DNA from: Amoebidium appalachense
Taxonomy: Eukaryota > Protista > Ichthyosporea
Assembly (NCBI GenBank): GCA_963693365.1
Contig: CAVNZM010000013.1
Location: forward strand, 3,748,722 to 3,812,721
Length of the DNA: 64,000 nucleotides
Direction: 5' to 3'
Below, in pieces: positions 61,509 through 64,000 of this stretch. Made by a program: the position numbers and the translations under genes. The notes beneath the pieces were generated by a model. That model made no database searches and was not told the origin of the DNA. It was given only the letters and a program-made list of their open reading frames with translations. Position 1 is the first letter of the stretch, and the number at the start of each line of letters is the position of its first letter.

Positions 61509-61913
61509 CATACTAGAGTGACATACAAGTGCACGCGCACACTCACACACACATACATGCACGCACCCAACACACACACACATGTATGTTTAACGCGCGA
61601 CCAGGGTCAATCATCGGGGTCAATTGATCCAGTGGAACTATTTGTGTCGCTTGGTGTGTGTATGCCTGTGTAGTACGTATGTGTGTGTGTTTGTGTGTAC
61701 GTGTGTGTACGTGTGTGTGTGTCCGATGGCATCAGCGCTCGTCTGCAGGCGCGAGTTATGTGTCAGCATGACAATGCACCAGGGCCCTCGGTGCGACCAG
61801 ATCTCCGAATAACACAAGCAATTGCAATGTTCTAATTTAGTAACTACATAGTTATGAGCCTTCTGGGAGGTGTAGAAGGCACTAGGAGACTCTCGGTCGG
61901 GGGCCCCATTGGG

Positions 61914-61966
<53 letters not shown>

Positions 61967-62427
61967 GGAGTCGGAGCGTAAGTCAATCTCGTTGTCTTTA
62001 ATAATGAGCAAGATACAGCCACTAGCCGGGAGCAACATGTTTTCTCTCATGTTTTCCCGTCAGGGTAATGCTTCAGTAACGATACAAATCAGGACATCAT
62101 TCTCGGTACCAACCTCCTAAATCGTCCAAAAAGGGTGAAAACTTCACAGACGGGGGGAAACGGGGGAAAGCCACCGAATAGCACGGTGCAAACAATAATT
62201 TGTGGCCAGCGCCTATAGAACTCGTTTAACTCTGTTATTAAAACGTTTACAGCAAAACTTTTATACTTGGCCTATTGTGAACACTTCATAGCACCAGCAT
62301 GTCGTTTTATAGATTCTCATTCATCAGCCTACGAAAAAGAACAATACCTTTCACGACTTCAGTTTCGATCAATTAGCTTAAGCCAGGGAGAACAGGGTTT
62401 TGAAAAATAAAGGCGAATTAAAAAGAG

Positions 62428-62460
<33 letters not shown>

Positions 62461-62586
62461 AAACTCGTACAAGGGCTCGTGGATACTTCAGTGTCAAAAG
62501 GAAAGGGTTTGTGGATACTTGAATGTATGTGTTTGTGTGCGCCACAGACGCGTTAGGATAAGAAAGGGAGAGGGGGAAAAAAGGCG

Positions 62587-62627
<41 letters not shown>

Positions 62628-62725
62628 GGAAGTGTCATTCAATCAAACACCTACCCAACATGGAAAAAAAAAAAAAAAAAAGGAAAAAGAAAAAAAAGAA
62701 AGAAAATCTGGTTTTTTTGCCACAC

Positions 62726-63006
62726 CTAGCCCAGTGTCGGGAACACGGTCAGTGCTGCAGCCGTAATCGCACCCACCACCCCCAGAGGCCGAATGATGCT
62801 GGGAGGCACACGGCCCAAAAAGGGAACACCCCGGCTCAGACCCGACTCCATGGCCCGGCCCAAGAGCCGGCCCGTAAGGGAGTTGACCCGTTTAGCGTCC
62901 GTCACGGGTGGCAGATTGTCTTTGGGGATTTCAATCTCCAATCGGTGCATGTAGTTTAGGAACTGGTCGGCGCGGTGGTGAGAGAAGAACCGGATGCTCT
63001 CCACCT

Positions 63007-63038
<32 letters not shown>

Positions 63039-64000
63039 AGGTGTGCATGGCCGTATGTATGTGTGTGTGCGTGTGTGTCGATGTATGTTTGTTTGTGTGT
63101 ATAGAATAGGGTGTTGGATTCGTGCGAGCTCGTTTTCAGCACTTGAAATCTCTTACGGGGGGGGGGGGGGGGGGGGGGGGGGAGGGGGGGGGGAAGAGAG
63201 GGGTCTAAGCCGTCGCCGGTGCCCGGCTTTCAACATATTCCCCTCGTGGACAAACCACATTTTAAATAATGGTAAGAGCTATAAAAAAAAAGTAGTAGTA
63301 ATAGAAGCAGAAGAAGGGTGTGTGAATGTGTTGTAGTTGGTAGGTAAATGATATCACGGACTCGCGTGTGCGCCTGTGCCTATTTTTAGGGGGGGGGGGG
63401 GGGGGGGGGGGGCTTTTGACAAGAACTGTTGGGAGCAGAGGCTTTTGGTGCAATGCAAGAAGTGATGACGGAAGAGGCTCTGGATAAAGGATGGGTGAAT
63501 TTGCTGCGCACACAACTGCGTACACTTAGGGGCTGGCGCAGGGGGCAACCAAGTTCACCATGTCTGGCTAGTTGCACTCCTCAACACGACACTCCTTCGT
63601 GCATAGTGTCTACTACACGAGTCTATATCTCCTACTTTCTGCCCCTTTGCTGCCTATTTCCCTTCTTCCTTTTCTAGAGTCAAACAAAGTATGCAAAGAG
63701 GAAGCAAACTTTGAAAAGATTAGCAAAGAAAAGATAAAGAACACTTACACCCACAAACGCACACACACCCACAAGGCAACTTCCACCACCAACATCCATA
63801 CACACACACTCCACACGCGGTAAACACAAACAAGCACTCACCAGCCTGGGGAACATCAGTGGTGCCTTGATAACCTTACGCCCCGTTGTAAGCGCGCTGA
63901 GAGTAAGCGCTGCAGCGGTTTCCATAGAGATGTTAATAATCCCATACGGGTAGTAGCCAACAGCGTTAGGATTTTTGCGCAGTTCATCCGTTGGCGCGAT
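62726..64000 (-). CDS. 3' exons of an unidentified spliced gene with a hydrophobic C-terminal tail (possibly the C-terminus of an SDR-type enzyme)
   Basis: Open exon from the window edge to 63842 (..ISMETAAALTLSALTTGRKVIKAPLMFPRL|gtgagt) splices in phase 0 to 63004-62726 (cag|VESIRFFSHHRADQFLNYMHRL..VVGAITAAALTVFPTLG stop). The family guess is weak. Confidence 0.6.

Overview
Eukaryotic, intron-rich genomic DNA in which introns are packed with (CA)n/(GT)n, (GCAC)n, (CT)n and poly-G/poly-C tracts; almost all ORFs in the supplied track are translations of these repeats. Reading exons out from between the repeats gives five spliced genes. (1) UTP14 (minus strand, runs off the left edge). (2) A bacterial YfbS-like SLC13/TrkA-C permease (plus, 4 exons, about 619 aa). 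(3) Exportin-6 spread over about 30 kb (minus, more than 30 small exons). (4) A protein with three AP2 domains and a basic, organelle-targeting-like N-terminus (plus, 5 exons). (5) The 3' end of an unidentified gene at the right edge. There is also an intronless 304-aa orphan ORF. The most interesting non-genic signal is a dispersed non-coding retroposon-like family (about 450-bp unit, about 12 copies in 3 subfamilies, all in one orientation). Copies have one fixed end fused to G-tracts, some run head-to-tail beyond unit length, and they carry a conserved RNA core with compensatory base changes and a covarying pseudoknot. This is a candidate new ribozyme-bearing or retrozyme-like system. Also present: a 688-bp TG..CA MITE with 15-bp TIRs and a 4-bp TSD, repeated tandem duplications centred on splice sites, a GC-AG intron and two apparent CG acceptors. 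All protein identities come from motif recognition by eye, not from database searches. The organism cannot be fixed from this window; a large-genome protist is plausible.
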